Source: a virus
Reading direction: 5' to 3' (one strand)
Length of the DNA stretch: 64,000 nt
Virus record (IMG/VR): IMGVR_UViG_3300042878_001497
Location: 32,001-96,000 of that record
Below are positions 29,570 to 39,172 of the stretch, one piece after another; positions within the stretch are counted from its first letter, which is position 1, and each line of letters begins with the position of its first letter. Position numbers and translations under genes: made by a program. The notes beneath the pieces were generated by a model. That model did not search any database and was not told the DNA's origin. It saw only the letters and a program-made list of their open reading frames with translations.

Positions 29570-30054
29570 AATTTGTTGACGAAGTAGAACTATTTAATTC
29601 TACCTTCGGTAAGCCGAATAACTACACCCCTATCATTCCTAATGATAAGAAGCTTACAGACTTTGTTGTTAACTTTATTAAAGAAGAAACCGATGAACTC
29701 GCCGAAGCAATCGAAAATAAAGACATCGTGGAAGTGTTGGATGCTATTTGTGATCTCCTGTATGTTGCCGTGGGCAATGCTACTATGGTCTTTGGCCTCA
29801 AAGATAAGTTAGAGGCAGCTTACGCTGAGGTACAGGCATCGAATATGTCTAAGAGCTGTGAGACCTACGATGAAGCAATGGAAACTATCGATGCTCATTA
29901 TAAAGACCATGGTACTTGTTACACTCGCCAGGTGGGAGATCGATGGGTTGTATACCGTGAATCGGACGATAAGGTAATGAAGTCAATCAATTACTTTGCT
30001 CCTAACCTAGAGCAATTTTTTACCGAAGAAGAAATTAAAAACTCCAAGCAATGA
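29560..30054 (+). CDS. MazG-like all-alpha NTP pyrophosphohydrolase
   Basis: EETDEL...EVLDAICDLLYV...EVQASNMSK...KVMK. Confidence 0.85.
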   Translation: MQVKFVDEVELFNSTFGKPNNYTPIIPNDKKLTDFVVNFIKEETDELAEAIENKDIVEVLDAICDLLYVAVGNATMVFGLKDKLEAAYAEVQASNMSKSCETYDEAMETIDAHYKDHGTCYTRQVGDRWVVYRESDDKVMKSINYFAPNLEQFFTEEEIKNSKQ

Positions 30055-30239
30055 CACCCCAGCAGCTAATCGATCAAAATAAAACCTTCTCAGAAGAGTT
30101 GCAGCAATGGATTGTACCTCTTATCTTTGTAGACGAAGCTCTTCAGATGAAAACTGCCCAGGATGTAGATGCTAGTATGAAGAGACTTGAAGAAGTAATG
30201 CAAGACCTCAACACAGTAATTAGCAAGATAAATGATTAA
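30051..30239 (+). CDS. Small hypothetical protein
   Basis: 62-aa ORF overlapping both neighbours. Confidence 0.6.
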   Translation: MTPQQLIDQNKTFSEELQQWIVPLIFVDEALQMKTAQDVDASMKRLEEVMQDLNTVISKIND

Positions 30240-31062
30240 AATTGCCCATGAGTCTCCAAAAGCTATTTTTAAAGAGATTCAAGAACTTACCGACTACGAC
30301 TACGCTCTAGTTCACCTCTTTGAAGAGGATCCTGAATACCTTCAGAAGTTTAAGGATGCTCTGGCAGCCGGCCGAGAAGTTATTCTAGATAATTCTATTT
30401 TTGAGTTAGAAGAAGCTTTTGATGCTAATCGTTTTGCTTACTGGATTAACGAACTTAAGCCAACCTGGTACATCGTTCCTGACTCGTTAGAGAATGTAGA
30501 GAAGACTATGTCTAATATGGCAGAATGGAATATACACTATGCTGATAAAGTTCCTGCAGAATGTAAGAAGATTGGAGTAGTACAGGGAAAGACTTACTCT
30601 CAGATAGTCAATTGCTACGAATACATGGTCAGTATAGCCGAAGTAGATATGGTGGCAATCTCTTTCGATTACAGTTATTTCCAAGAGAAATTCCCTCATC
30701 CTAACAAATACGTTAGCTGGATGCTAGGCCGGGTACAGTTGCTAGGTCGAATGCTTAAAGACGGAGTTATTAATCCTGACGTACCTCACCACCTTTTAGG
30801 TTGCGGACTACCTCAAGAGTTTCAATTCTACCGAGAGGCTAAGTACGATTGGATTTACTCCCTAGATACTTCCAATCCTGTGGTTCACGGACTGAAGGAG
30901 ATTTACTACAAAGACCAAGGACTGTGGAATAAAGAATCTCAGAAGCTCTTTACCATGATTAACTCCGAAGTTACGGAGAAGCAAATGGAGGTCATTCGTC
31001 ATAATGTTTCACGCTTTAGATGGTTTGCAAATGGAAACGCGCCCGTGGGTAACATTCTTTAG
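30232..31062 (+). CDS. TGT-fold 7-deazaguanine insertion enzyme (DpdA3-like)
   Basis: ILDNSIFE, IVPD, GVVQG, HLLG, SLDTS match TGT/DpdA barrel motifs; lies inside the que cluster. Confidence 0.75.
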   Translation: MIKIAHESPKAIFKEIQELTDYDYALVHLFEEDPEYLQKFKDALAAGREVILDNSIFELEEAFDANRFAYWINELKPTWYIVPDSLENVEKTMSNMAEWNIHYADKVPAECKKIGVVQGKTYSQIVNCYEYMVSIAEVDMVAISFDYSYFQEKFPHPNKYVSWMLGRVQLLGRMLKDGVINPDVPHHLLGCGLPQEFQFYREAKYDWIYSLDTSNPVVHGLKEIYYKDQGLWNKESQKLFTMINSEVTEKQMEVIRHNVSRFRWFANGNAPVGNIL

Positions 31063-31567
31063 TCAGACAGGTTCTGAGATCGTTCAGATCTCGGAAGCTC
31101 TAGGGCGGTGGCCGGATATGATTATTAGTAATCGCCGACCGACTGATGCTAGAATTATTAGTCCTGCTCTTCCTAAAGATCGTCTGTACTTTACCTCCAA
31201 TAAGCCAGAAGCTTACGAATACTTACATTATCTCCGTCAGGCAAAAGATCCGATTGTAACTCTACACGGATGGCTTAGAGTACTTCCTGAAGAGGTTTGT
31301 GACAGTTACGAAGTTTACAACGGTCATCCAGGTTTGATTACCCGCTACCCTGAACTGAAGGGTAAAGATCCTCAGATGCGAGCTTTTGAAGGAGATTATA
31401 ATACTGGTGGTTGCGTGATTCATAAAGTAACTCCCGGAGTAGACGAAGGAGAGATTCTAATGGAAAAAGAAATTAGCATTAGACTGTTGGATCTTGACGG
31501 ACTATTCCGTACATTACATAAGACTTCAGTCAATATGTGGATTGAATTCCTTAAAGAACGTCTATGA
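31031..31567 (+). CDS. PurN-like formyltransferase (DpdN-like, preQ1 formylation)
   Basis: SQTGS, LHGWLRVL, NGHPGL..YP..KG, GCVIHKV...VDEGEI. Confidence 0.8.
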   Translation: METRPWVTFFSQTGSEIVQISEALGRWPDMIISNRRPTDARIISPALPKDRLYFTSNKPEAYEYLHYLRQAKDPIVTLHGWLRVLPEEVCDSYEVYNGHPGLITRYPELKGKDPQMRAFEGDYNTGGCVIHKVTPGVDEGEILMEKEISIRLLDLDGLFRTLHKTSVNMWIEFLKERL

Positions 31568-32082
31568 TTAAAAGAGTTGCATTAGTAGGAGCTAGTAGTA
31601 CCGGTAAGACGACTGTGTATGAGCTTCTTAAGAATCAGTTCCCGAAGTGGGAGTTTGTAAATGAGAGTACTCGTTCGGTAGCTCGTTACGGCTTTCCTAT
31701 CAATGAACTAGGTACTACAGAAACTCAGTTAGCTATCTCAAGCTTTCATTTAGAGGCATTGCTTAAACCTTATAATCTTATTCTGGATCGTTGTTACTTA
31801 GATCTAATAGTTTACTCTCGTCATATGCCGGGACTATCTCAATCAGGCTTAGATTTTATCGAAGCTACCTGGCAGCGAGTTCAAGACGAATATACTCATT
31901 ATATCTACTTTCCTATCGAATTCGATGCAGTCGATGACGGAGAAAGAAGTGTTGATGAAGATTGGAGAAAAATTATCGACGAAGAGTTCAAGTATCAATT
32001 AGACCTAACAGACAGGCATTACCTGACTGTAACCGGTTCACCTATGCAAAGAGTAAATCAAATCCTTAAATACATTAAATAA
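31564..32082 (+). CDS. P-loop nucleotide kinase (NadR/AAA_28-like)
   Basis: GASSTGKTT, E..R, ILDRC.LD, DDGER. Confidence 0.8.
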   Translation: MIKRVALVGASSTGKTTVYELLKNQFPKWEFVNESTRSVARYGFPINELGTTETQLAISSFHLEALLKPYNLILDRCYLDLIVYSRHMPGLSQSGLDFIEATWQRVQDEYTHYIYFPIEFDAVDDGERSVDEDWRKIIDEEFKYQLDLTDRHYLTVTGSPMQRVNQILKYIK

Positions 32083-32996
32083 TGGACGCTAACAAGAATC
32101 AAAGCGCAGTTGTAGAGATTGCAAGTAAACACCTCGGACAGGTAGGTGGTGCAGGCTACTCAGACAAATACGATCCCTCACTGCTAGTAGCAGTACCTCG
32201 TTACCTCAACCGAGAGGCTTACGGCATCAAAGAAGACAGCCTACCTTTCGTAGGAGTTGATTCATGGAATGCCTACGAAGTATCAGCAATCACAGAGAAG
32301 GGACGTCCGGTAGCAGGCATGCTTAAGATTGTATGCCCGGCCGATTCACCATTCCACGTTGAGTCAAAGTCAATCAAGCTTTACCTCAACTCATTCAATA
32401 TGACTCCTTTTGGCAAGACAGCCAAAGAGTGTATCAAGTTTATCGAAACTCAAGTAGCTAAGGACCTTACCGAGCTTCTGCAAGGGGATGTTATTTGTAC
32501 CTTCTTCGGTAACGATTACGGAGTTGAGTTTCAATTCGATGGCTACCAAGACCTAGCCGGTCTAGTAAACCTAGATGAAGTAGAATTTACTTCATTCCAC
32601 TCAGATGCTTCTCAATTGAAGGTCTGGGAGGTAAAAGAAGAAAACGTTGTTAAAGAGATTCATTCAGACCTTCTACGTTCTAACTGCCGGGTAACTAATC
32701 AGCCGGACTGGGGTGATGTTTACATCCGTATGGAAGGTAAGAACGTAGCTGATGAAGCATCACTAGCACAGTACATTGTATCTCACCGCCAGGTCTCTCA
32801 CTTCCACGAAGAGATCTGTGAGATGATATTTACTCATCTCATGCAAGCTTATCAGCCTGAAAAACTGATGGTTGCATGTCTTTATACGCGACGTGGAGGA
32901 ATTGATATTAATCCTATTCGAGCCACTCATGCCGAATTGATCCCGGGATGGTTTAAGGATTCGAATAAACGGATGAAAAAAACTTTACGTCAATAA
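32082..32996 (+). CDS. queF: NADPH-dependent 7-cyano-7-deazaguanine reductase (bimodular)
   Basis: WNAYEVS, VESKSIKLYLNSF, LRSNCRVTNQPDWG, FHEEICE, YTRRGGIDINP. Confidence 0.95.
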   Translation: MDANKNQSAVVEIASKHLGQVGGAGYSDKYDPSLLVAVPRYLNREAYGIKEDSLPFVGVDSWNAYEVSAITEKGRPVAGMLKIVCPADSPFHVESKSIKLYLNSFNMTPFGKTAKECIKFIETQVAKDLTELLQGDVICTFFGNDYGVEFQFDGYQDLAGLVNLDEVEFTSFHSDASQLKVWEVKEENVVKEIHSDLLRSNCRVTNQPDWGDVYIRMEGKNVADEASLAQYIVSHRQVSHFHEEICEMIFTHLMQAYQPEKLMVACLYTRRGGIDINPIRATHAELIPGWFKDSNKRMKKTLRQ

Positions 32997-32999
32997 GTT

Positions 33000-33020
33000 G
33001 GAGCCTACGGGCTCCTTTCT
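33000..33020 (+). terminator. Hairpin/terminator within promoter spacer
   Basis: GGAGCC-TACG-GGCTCC-TTTCT. Confidence 0.6.
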
Positions 33021-33033
33021 TATTTTTAGATAT

Positions 33034-35367
33034 ATGGCTATAGAAAAAAAGTACTACCTGGTTACAGACAAAGAGACTGTTAACCTACTTATTCAACACA
33101 TCCAAGAATCAAAGGTTATCGCTTATGATACCGAGACTGACTCCCTCAACATGAGGAAAGGTCAGATTATAGGATTCTCCGTATCGGGGGATATCGGGAT
33201 GGGGTTCTACCTCCCTACTATGGCCTGGAACCACCAGACCGGTACCCTAGATGAACTTAATATTGAAGGGGTACCTTGCCACTCTATAGCAAAAAAAATC
33301 TTACCTATGCTTATCGGCAAGAGGCTTGTGATGCACAACGCATCGTTTGACTGCCGGTTTACTAAAAACTTCTACGGGGTGGACCTCCTAGAGAGTTTAT
33401 GGGTAGATACTGCCTTACTAGTCCACACCGTCCAAGAGGAGGGTGCAGGGATGGGGGTATTCGGTCTTAAGTCCCTAGCAATATCAGTACAAAATGAAAT
33501 CGGACTCGACGTCGAAAAAGCTGCTAACGAAGAGCAGGTCCTTCTCAAGGAATCTATTAAAGCCAACGGAGGTTCAGCTACTAAGGAAAACTACGAGATT
33601 TATAAAGCCGACATGGGGCTCCTGGGTAAGTATGCTGCTGCTGATACCGACCTTACTCTTCGTCTGTGCAGTCATTTTATGGACGTCCTTCAACGAGAGG
33701 GTCTTGAGAAATTCTTCTTCGAAGATGAAGTAATGCCCCTTTACAAGGAGGTTACTATCCCGATGGAGGAGATGGGTGTTGATTTGAATATAGATTTGCT
33801 GCTTGAGACCAGGGATGAGATTTTAAAAGACTTAGCTGAGAATAAGCAGATCGTTCTTAAATCTTTGATAGGTACTAAGGCCGGCCAGGAATGGGTGGTA
33901 GACACTGCTCTAAATGAGTTCCCGCCCTCTAACAAAGGTACATGGGCACAGACACTAGCCGAGCGATACTCCCTCTCTCTGCCTAAATCTGATAAGACTG
34001 GTAAGTTCTCTATTACTAAAAAGACTTTAGAGGAGCTGGAAGATTCTCCTGCTAAGGAGTACCTACTGACCGGGGACCTAAACCTCTTAGATACTATGGA
34101 GGCTATGAAGATCTCGATGTCTTTATGGAAGCAAAAGAACGACGGTGACTATGTTAACATCCAGTCTAAAAAACACCTAGGAGAGATAGCATTCAAGTAT
34201 ATGAATATCCGGGCTAGATCTCAGACCGCTAAAGGTCAGGATCAGTTCGATATGGATATGCTAGAGGACTTATCTAAGACTCATTCCTGGGCTGAGAACC
34301 TCCGGGTTTATAATAAGCTTCTTAAGATTAAGTCCACTTACATCGATCGGTTTGTTGATAATGCCGAAGATGGGAAGTACTTCTTCTACTTCAAGCAGCA
34401 CGGTACGGTTTCTGGCCGATACGGCTCCGATGCCCAGCAGCTACCCAAACCCAAGGAAGAGGGTGAGGACGTTCCAATTATCGTTAAGTACAATAACGCC
34501 GTCAGGGCTTTCTTGATAGCGGGAGAAGGAAGGAAGATTATCGATGCTGACTATGAGTCACTGGAACCTCACTGCTTTGCTTCAGTATCCGGGGATAGAG
34601 GTCTGCAAGATATCTTTAATAACGGGTGGGACTTTTACTCTACAGTCGCTATTAAGGCCGAAAAGCTTGAACAGGATACAGTCAACTACCCTAATGGAGT
34701 TAGTCCGGATAAAAAATCTCCGGTCTACCTTAAGAAGATCGATCCCGTTAAAAGGAATAAAGCCAAGGCTTACTCGCTAGGAATAGCTTACGGAATGGAG
34801 GCTTACGCGTTAGGAAAATCTTTGGACATAGATCAGAAAGCAGCCCAGATCCTAGTTGACGGCTACTTGGATGGGTTCCCCGAACTTAAAGCCTGGAGGA
34901 TCAACTCCCGTCAGCACGTCAAAGAGCACGGCTCTATCAAAAATAAAGTAGGCCGGATAAGGCACCTGCCTAAAGTCCAGAGACTCTACCAGAAGTACGG
35001 AGATCAGATCATGGACTGGAGATATAGGAATGAGCTCGCTAATACCTACGGCAAGGAACAGGTCATGAGTATGTATAGGGATTATCGCAACGGACTTAAT
35101 AACTGCTTGAACTATCAGCTGCAATCACTAGCAGCGGCTGTTGTTAACCGGGCTGCTATCCAGATCAATCGTAAGTTAAAAGAGATGGGGATTGACGGCC
35201 GGGTTCAGGCTCAGGTCCATGACCAGCTTATAATTAACGTCCCTGAACATCAAGCCGAGTTAGTAGCACCTATCGTAAAAGAGATCATGGAAAACACCAC
35301 CCAGCTAGAAGGAGTAACTCTAAAAGCACCTCCTGAGATTACAAACAATTGGAGAGATGGGCACTAA
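33034..35367 (+). CDS. polA: DNA polymerase family A with 3'-5' exonuclease
   Basis: DTET, HNASFD, YAAAD exonuclease motifs; SGRYGS, DYESLE, RNKAKAYSLGIAYG, VHDQL polymerase motifs. Confidence 0.93.
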   Translation: MAIEKKYYLVTDKETVNLLIQHIQESKVIAYDTETDSLNMRKGQIIGFSVSGDIGMGFYLPTMAWNHQTGTLDELNIEGVPCHSIAKKILPMLIGKRLVMHNASFDCRFTKNFYGVDLLESLWVDTALLVHTVQEEGAGMGVFGLKSLAISVQNEIGLDVEKAANEEQVLLKESIKANGGSATKENYEIYKADMGLLGKYAAADTDLTLRLCSHFMDVLQREGLEKFFFEDEVMPLYKEVTIPMEEMGVDLNIDLLLETRDEILKDLAENKQIVLKSLIGTKAGQEWVVDTALNEFPPSNKGTWAQTLAERYSLSLPKSDKTGKFSITKKTLEELEDSPAKEYLLTGDLNLLDTMEAMKISMSLWKQKNDGDYVNIQSKKHLGEIAFKYMNIRARSQTAKGQDQFDMDMLEDLSKTHSWAENLRVYNKLLKIKSTYIDRFVDNAEDGKYFFYFKQHGTVSGRYGSDAQQLPKPKEEGEDVPIIVKYNNAVRAFLIAGEGRKIIDADYESLEPHCFASVSGDRGLQDIFNNGWDFYSTVAIKAEKLEQDTVNYPNGVSPDKKSPVYLKKIDPVKRNKAKAYSLGIAYGMEAYALGKSLDIDQKAAQILVDGYLDGFPELKAWRINSRQHVKEHGSIKNKVGRIRHLPKVQRLYQKYGDQIMDWRYRNELANTYGKEQVMSMYRDYRNGLNNCLNYQLQSLAAAVVNRAAIQINRKLKEMGIDGRVQAQVHDQLIINVPEHQAELVAPIVKEIMENTTQLEGVTLKAPPEITNNWRDGH

Positions 35368-35475
35368 AATAAAAAGTTTATATATTTATATAAAAGAGCA
35401 GGGGACCGCTCTAAATGGCTTACCGATTGGGAGCCGGGTTATACTAATTTATTAATAAAAATAGATCTAAGGACT

Positions 35476-35916
35476 ATGACACACATCAAGTACACTCCGT
35501 GGACTGCAGACTATACGTCATCCACATTCGACATCCTATTCAAGGATTTCTTTAACACGAACTCAACGTTCGTATCACCGATCGACCAAAAGATCGGACA
35601 TCCAGTAGACATTTATGAAACCGAAAAAGGGTTATTCTTCGAGATCGCCGCAACGGGGCTATCGAAGCAAGATATCAAAATCTCAATTGAAGGTGAAATC
35701 CTTCGAATTATTCACGATAAAGTGGAAGAACAGGTCGATAAGACTAAAGTTCGTTATTACAACAAAGGACTTAGTAGACGATCATTCAATCTAGGTTATA
35801 AAATTGCTCGTAGGTTTGACCTCAGCACAATTGACGCCCAGATGAAAGACGGATTGCTTAAGATCTTCTTACCTCACACCGAGGAACATAAACCTCAAGA
35901 AGTAAAGATTAAGTAA
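35476..35916 (+). CDS. Small heat-shock protein (Hsp20)
   Basis: PVDIYET, GLSKQDI, RSF, AQMKDGLLKI. Confidence 0.93.
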   Translation: MTHIKYTPWTADYTSSTFDILFKDFFNTNSTFVSPIDQKIGHPVDIYETEKGLFFEIAATGLSKQDIKISIEGEILRIIHDKVEEQVDKTKVRYYNKGLSRRSFNLGYKIARRFDLSTIDAQMKDGLLKIFLPHTEEHKPQEVKIK

Positions 35917-35974
35917 AGTTACATTTGGTCCCCTGCGATTTTTTTCGTATCTTTAAGTATTAATCAAAACAGTT

Positions 35975-36256
35975 ATGGCAAGAGGTAAAAAAGTTGGCCA
36001 CGTAAAGCCGCAAGTCACTATTAAAGATGACTCTATCACTCCCTACTATATTAGTATGGACGAGAATCAATTCACCGTTCAGGTGGAAGGTTCCACTCTC
36101 CCGCTAGGCTACTACAGTAGGTTAGATGGAGCTGTAAAACGTATTGCAAAATACAAAGTACTGGAGAATCTTAATCAATCTACAGTTGACCTGACGGACT
36201 TTTTAAAGGCTTACGATAAAGTATTAACGCAAATTAATGACCGAATTCCGGTATGA
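35975..36256 (+). CDS. Hypothetical protein
   Basis: 93-aa ORF after promoter 35925-35955. Confidence 0.65.
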   Translation: MARGKKVGHVKPQVTIKDDSITPYYISMDENQFTVQVEGSTLPLGYYSRLDGAVKRIAKYKVLENLNQSTVDLTDFLKAYDKVLTQINDRIPV

Positions 36257-36552
36257 AGAAACTAATTCCACTTAACGACCGTATTGTGGTAAAGCCGATC
36301 GAAGAGGTCGAGCAGACTTACGGTAACATCATTATTGCCGATATGGGCAGAGAGCGCCCAGAGATGGGCGAAGTAATCGCAGTAGGACCTGGACGTATGT
36401 CAGAATACGGCAAGTTTGTTCCAGTGAACGTAAACGTTGGCGATATTGTACTCCTTCCTAAAATTGGTACCATCCGAGTTGAATTCGATGGTGAAGAGTA
36501 TTATATTGGTCAAGCAAGAGAAATCCTTTGTAAAGTAATCGAAAATGAGTAA
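36253..36552 (+). CDS. groES: Co-chaperonin GroES
   Basis: PLNDRIVV, GEVIAVGPG, VGDIVL. Confidence 0.95.
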   Translation: MKKLIPLNDRIVVKPIEEVEQTYGNIIIADMGRERPEMGEVIAVGPGRMSEYGKFVPVNVNVGDIVLLPKIGTIRVEFDGEEYYIGQAREILCKVIENE

Positions 36553-38179
36553 GAAGATTGAATTTTCAAATCAAGCCCGCGAACAGCTCCTTGCTGGAGT
36601 TGAGAAGCTTGCTAACGCAGTAGCTTCCACCCTCGGTCCTAACGGCCGGAATGTTATTATCGAACAGCAGATGGGTAATCCGGTCTCAACCAAGGATGGT
36701 GTTACGGTAGCCAAAGCAATCGAGCTAGAAGACACTATCGAGAATATGGGTGCCCAGCTTGTGAAGCAGGCCTCAATCAAGACTGCAGACGGAGCCGGTG
36801 ATGGTACTACTACCTCAACTCTCCTTGCATACGAAATTTACAAAGAAGGTTTGAAGCATCTGGATAAGCACAACGCAGTAGACATTAGCCGAGGTGTGGC
36901 TAAGGCTACCAAAGAGGTTGTAGCTTACCTAGAGCAACAAGCCCGAGAAATTACCGACGAAAATCAACTTCGTCAGGTAGCAACTATCTCAGCTAATAAC
37001 GACCCTGAGGTGGGAGAGCTAATCGCTGCAGCTATGGACAAGGTGGGGCGTGACGGCGTAGTGACTATCGAAGAATCTCGCACAGGCGAGACCTACCTAG
37101 AGACGGTAGAGGGTATGCAGTTTAATCGTGGATATAAATCAATTTACTTTGTAACTGATAATAACACGATGACGGCTGCATTGAGCAACCCACTGGTTTT
37201 AATTGCAGATAAAAAGATCACTGCCGCCAAAGAGCTTCTTCCAATCCTGGAAGCATGTTCAGCTCAGAACAAAGCTCTGTTAATCATTGCCGATGATATC
37301 GATGGCGAGGCTCTCTCCACCCTGGTCGTAAATAAGATGCGAGGAATCTTGCAAGTAGTAGCAGTTAAGGCTCCAGAATTTGGAGATCGTAAAAAAGCTA
37401 TGCTAGAAGATATCGCTACGCTGACCGGTGGTCAAGTTGTATCAACTGAGAAAGGAATGCGACTGGATAAGTTCAATCCTGATTGGTTAGGTTCAGCCCG
37501 CAAAGTTACCATCGGTAAAGAAGAAACCACGATTGTGGATGGCAAAGGAGCTTCTGAAGCTATTGAAACCCGGGTAGATGAGATCAAAGCTCTGATCGAT
37601 AATGCTAAATCTCCTTTCGAAAAAGAGACTCTCCAGGATCGATTAGGACGATTGATTGGCGGTGTAGCGATTGTTTACGTCGGAGGTCAATCAGAACTTG
37701 AGATGAAAGAGAAGAAAGATCGAGTAGAGGATGCATTGCATGCTACTAAGGCAGCCCTTCAAGAAGGTATTCTGCCAGGTGGTGGTACCGCTCTTTTAAA
37801 TGCAGCTGAATACCTGCATGCTAACAAGACACTAGTACCGTTTGCAAATACTTCTGCAGAACTCGGCTATACAATCCTTCTACAGGCTATCAACAAACCT
37901 TTCTTTAAGATTTTATCCAATGCCGGATACGAACAAGGATACTCAGAAGATATTATGAATGAGGTCCTTAATTCAGATAATTTCTGGCAAGGATTTAATC
38001 TACGTACCGAAGAGTATGTTGATATGTTTGAGGAAGGTATTATCGACCCTGCCAAGGTAACACGCCTGGCGCTAGAAAATGCAGCTTCGATTGCAGGTAC
38101 TATGCTAACAACCGAATGTGTTGTAAGCAACCTAAAAGAGAAGAGCAGCGATCCTATGGATTTTAATTCAATGATGTAA
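36545..38179 (+). CDS. groEL: Chaperonin GroEL
   Basis: TLGPNGRNV, TKDGVTVAK, AGDGTTT, EGMQF, KAPEFGDR, IIDPAKV. Confidence 0.98.
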   Translation: MSKKIEFSNQAREQLLAGVEKLANAVASTLGPNGRNVIIEQQMGNPVSTKDGVTVAKAIELEDTIENMGAQLVKQASIKTADGAGDGTTTSTLLAYEIYKEGLKHLDKHNAVDISRGVAKATKEVVAYLEQQAREITDENQLRQVATISANNDPEVGELIAAAMDKVGRDGVVTIEESRTGETYLETVEGMQFNRGYKSIYFVTDNNTMTAALSNPLVLIADKKITAAKELLPILEACSAQNKALLIIADDIDGEALSTLVVNKMRGILQVVAVKAPEFGDRKKAMLEDIATLTGGQVVSTEKGMRLDKFNPDWLGSARKVTIGKEETTIVDGKGASEAIETRVDEIKALIDNAKSPFEKETLQDRLGRLIGGVAIVYVGGQSELEMKEKKDRVEDALHATKAALQEGILPGGGTALLNAAEYLHANKTLVPFANTSAELGYTILLQAINKPFFKILSNAGYEQGYSEDIMNEVLNSDNFWQGFNLRTEEYVDMFEEGIIDPAKVTRLALENAASIAGTMLTTECVVSNLKEKSSDPMDFNSMM

Positions 38180-38496
38180 TGAGTAAAGTTTCAAGCAAAG
38201 CCCGTTACGAGGCGTTTATGGAATGGCACAAGTGGGCTTCAGCTCACTACTCTTCGATGAAAAGAAAAAAGAGAGCCAATTCAGAGTCCCACGGTAACGA
38301 CTTTAAAACCCAAGAGTAATGAAATTTCAACTAGGCGATACTGTCAAGCTGTTGGATTCTCGTATTACAACCTTACCGTGTACGGTGATGGAGATTAAAG
38401 GAAGTATTATCTTAGTTGAAGATGCTTCCGGAATCATTCACGAGGTCTTTGCCGAGCAGTTACACAAGCAGATGCTATTTGGATAAAGCCGAAGGG

Positions 38497-38542
38497 GCGG
38501 GAGAGGGGGCGTGATCTCCTCCCCGCACCGAAGGTGCCACGC
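38497..38542 (+). ncRNA. GC-rich pseudoknotted element of unknown class
   Basis: 11-bp bulged stem; loop GCGTG pairs with CACGC; internal ACC-GAA-GGT hairpin. Confidence 0.45.
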
Positions 38543-38839
38543 GCATTTTCTATAAAAGTTCCTACCGGGCCTTGGACCCCGGGCTATTTATTAGGGTATT
38601 ATCTCTAGTTTAATTTTGGTGTTATTAACAATGGATGCAAATCGTGTCGAGGAATTAGGTTTTTTGGCTCACAAGGAAGGATTCTTCCCACAATGGCAAG
38701 ACACGGCTTCAAGATACCTTAAGGAGGAAGAGTACCAAGATAAGACATTAGCATACGAAAGAGCTTACGCAAAATACTCCCAAACAGTTGGATCTAATTA
38801 AAGGAGTTACTTTATCTAAGATTTAATAAAAATAGTGCT

Positions 38840-39172
38840 ATGGAACAAAGTACAGGATTTCAAAAACTTTTAATCTCTATGATGACAAGAAGGTGGTTAA
38901 TCACCTTGATTGTATTGATTACTTTTATGTTTACTACCTTCGGGATTCTGATCTCCATTCACGTAGAAACGGCTGTAGGTCAGGAGTGGAAAGAACTTTT
39001 ACTTTTACTCTTAGGAGCTTTCATCGGTTCCTACGGTAAAATTATCGACTACTGGTTCTCGGATACTGATAAAGATAAAATGCTTGTACAAAAAATGGAC
39101 GAAGAAGACGGTGTAGCTCTTTCCAATACAGGAGGCTCAGTCGAACCTTTAAACAGTAGCGAGGAAGAGTAA
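38840..39172 (+). CDS. Membrane protein (two TM, holin-like)
   Basis: Two hydrophobic helices and acidic tail. Confidence 0.6.
   Translation: MEQSTGFQKLLISMMTRRWLITLIVLITFMFTTFGILISIHVETAVGQEWKELLLLLLGAFIGSYGKIIDYWFSDTDKDKMLVQKMDEEDGVALSNTGGSVEPLNSSEEE

Noticed and set aside
13031-32996. que genes serving only tRNA queuosine synthesis
   Set aside because: No queA, queG/queH or canonical tgt here, and linkage to formyltransferase, kinase, MazG-like and PolA genes favours DNA modification; not fully excluded, since a tRNA-Tyr(GTA) is present
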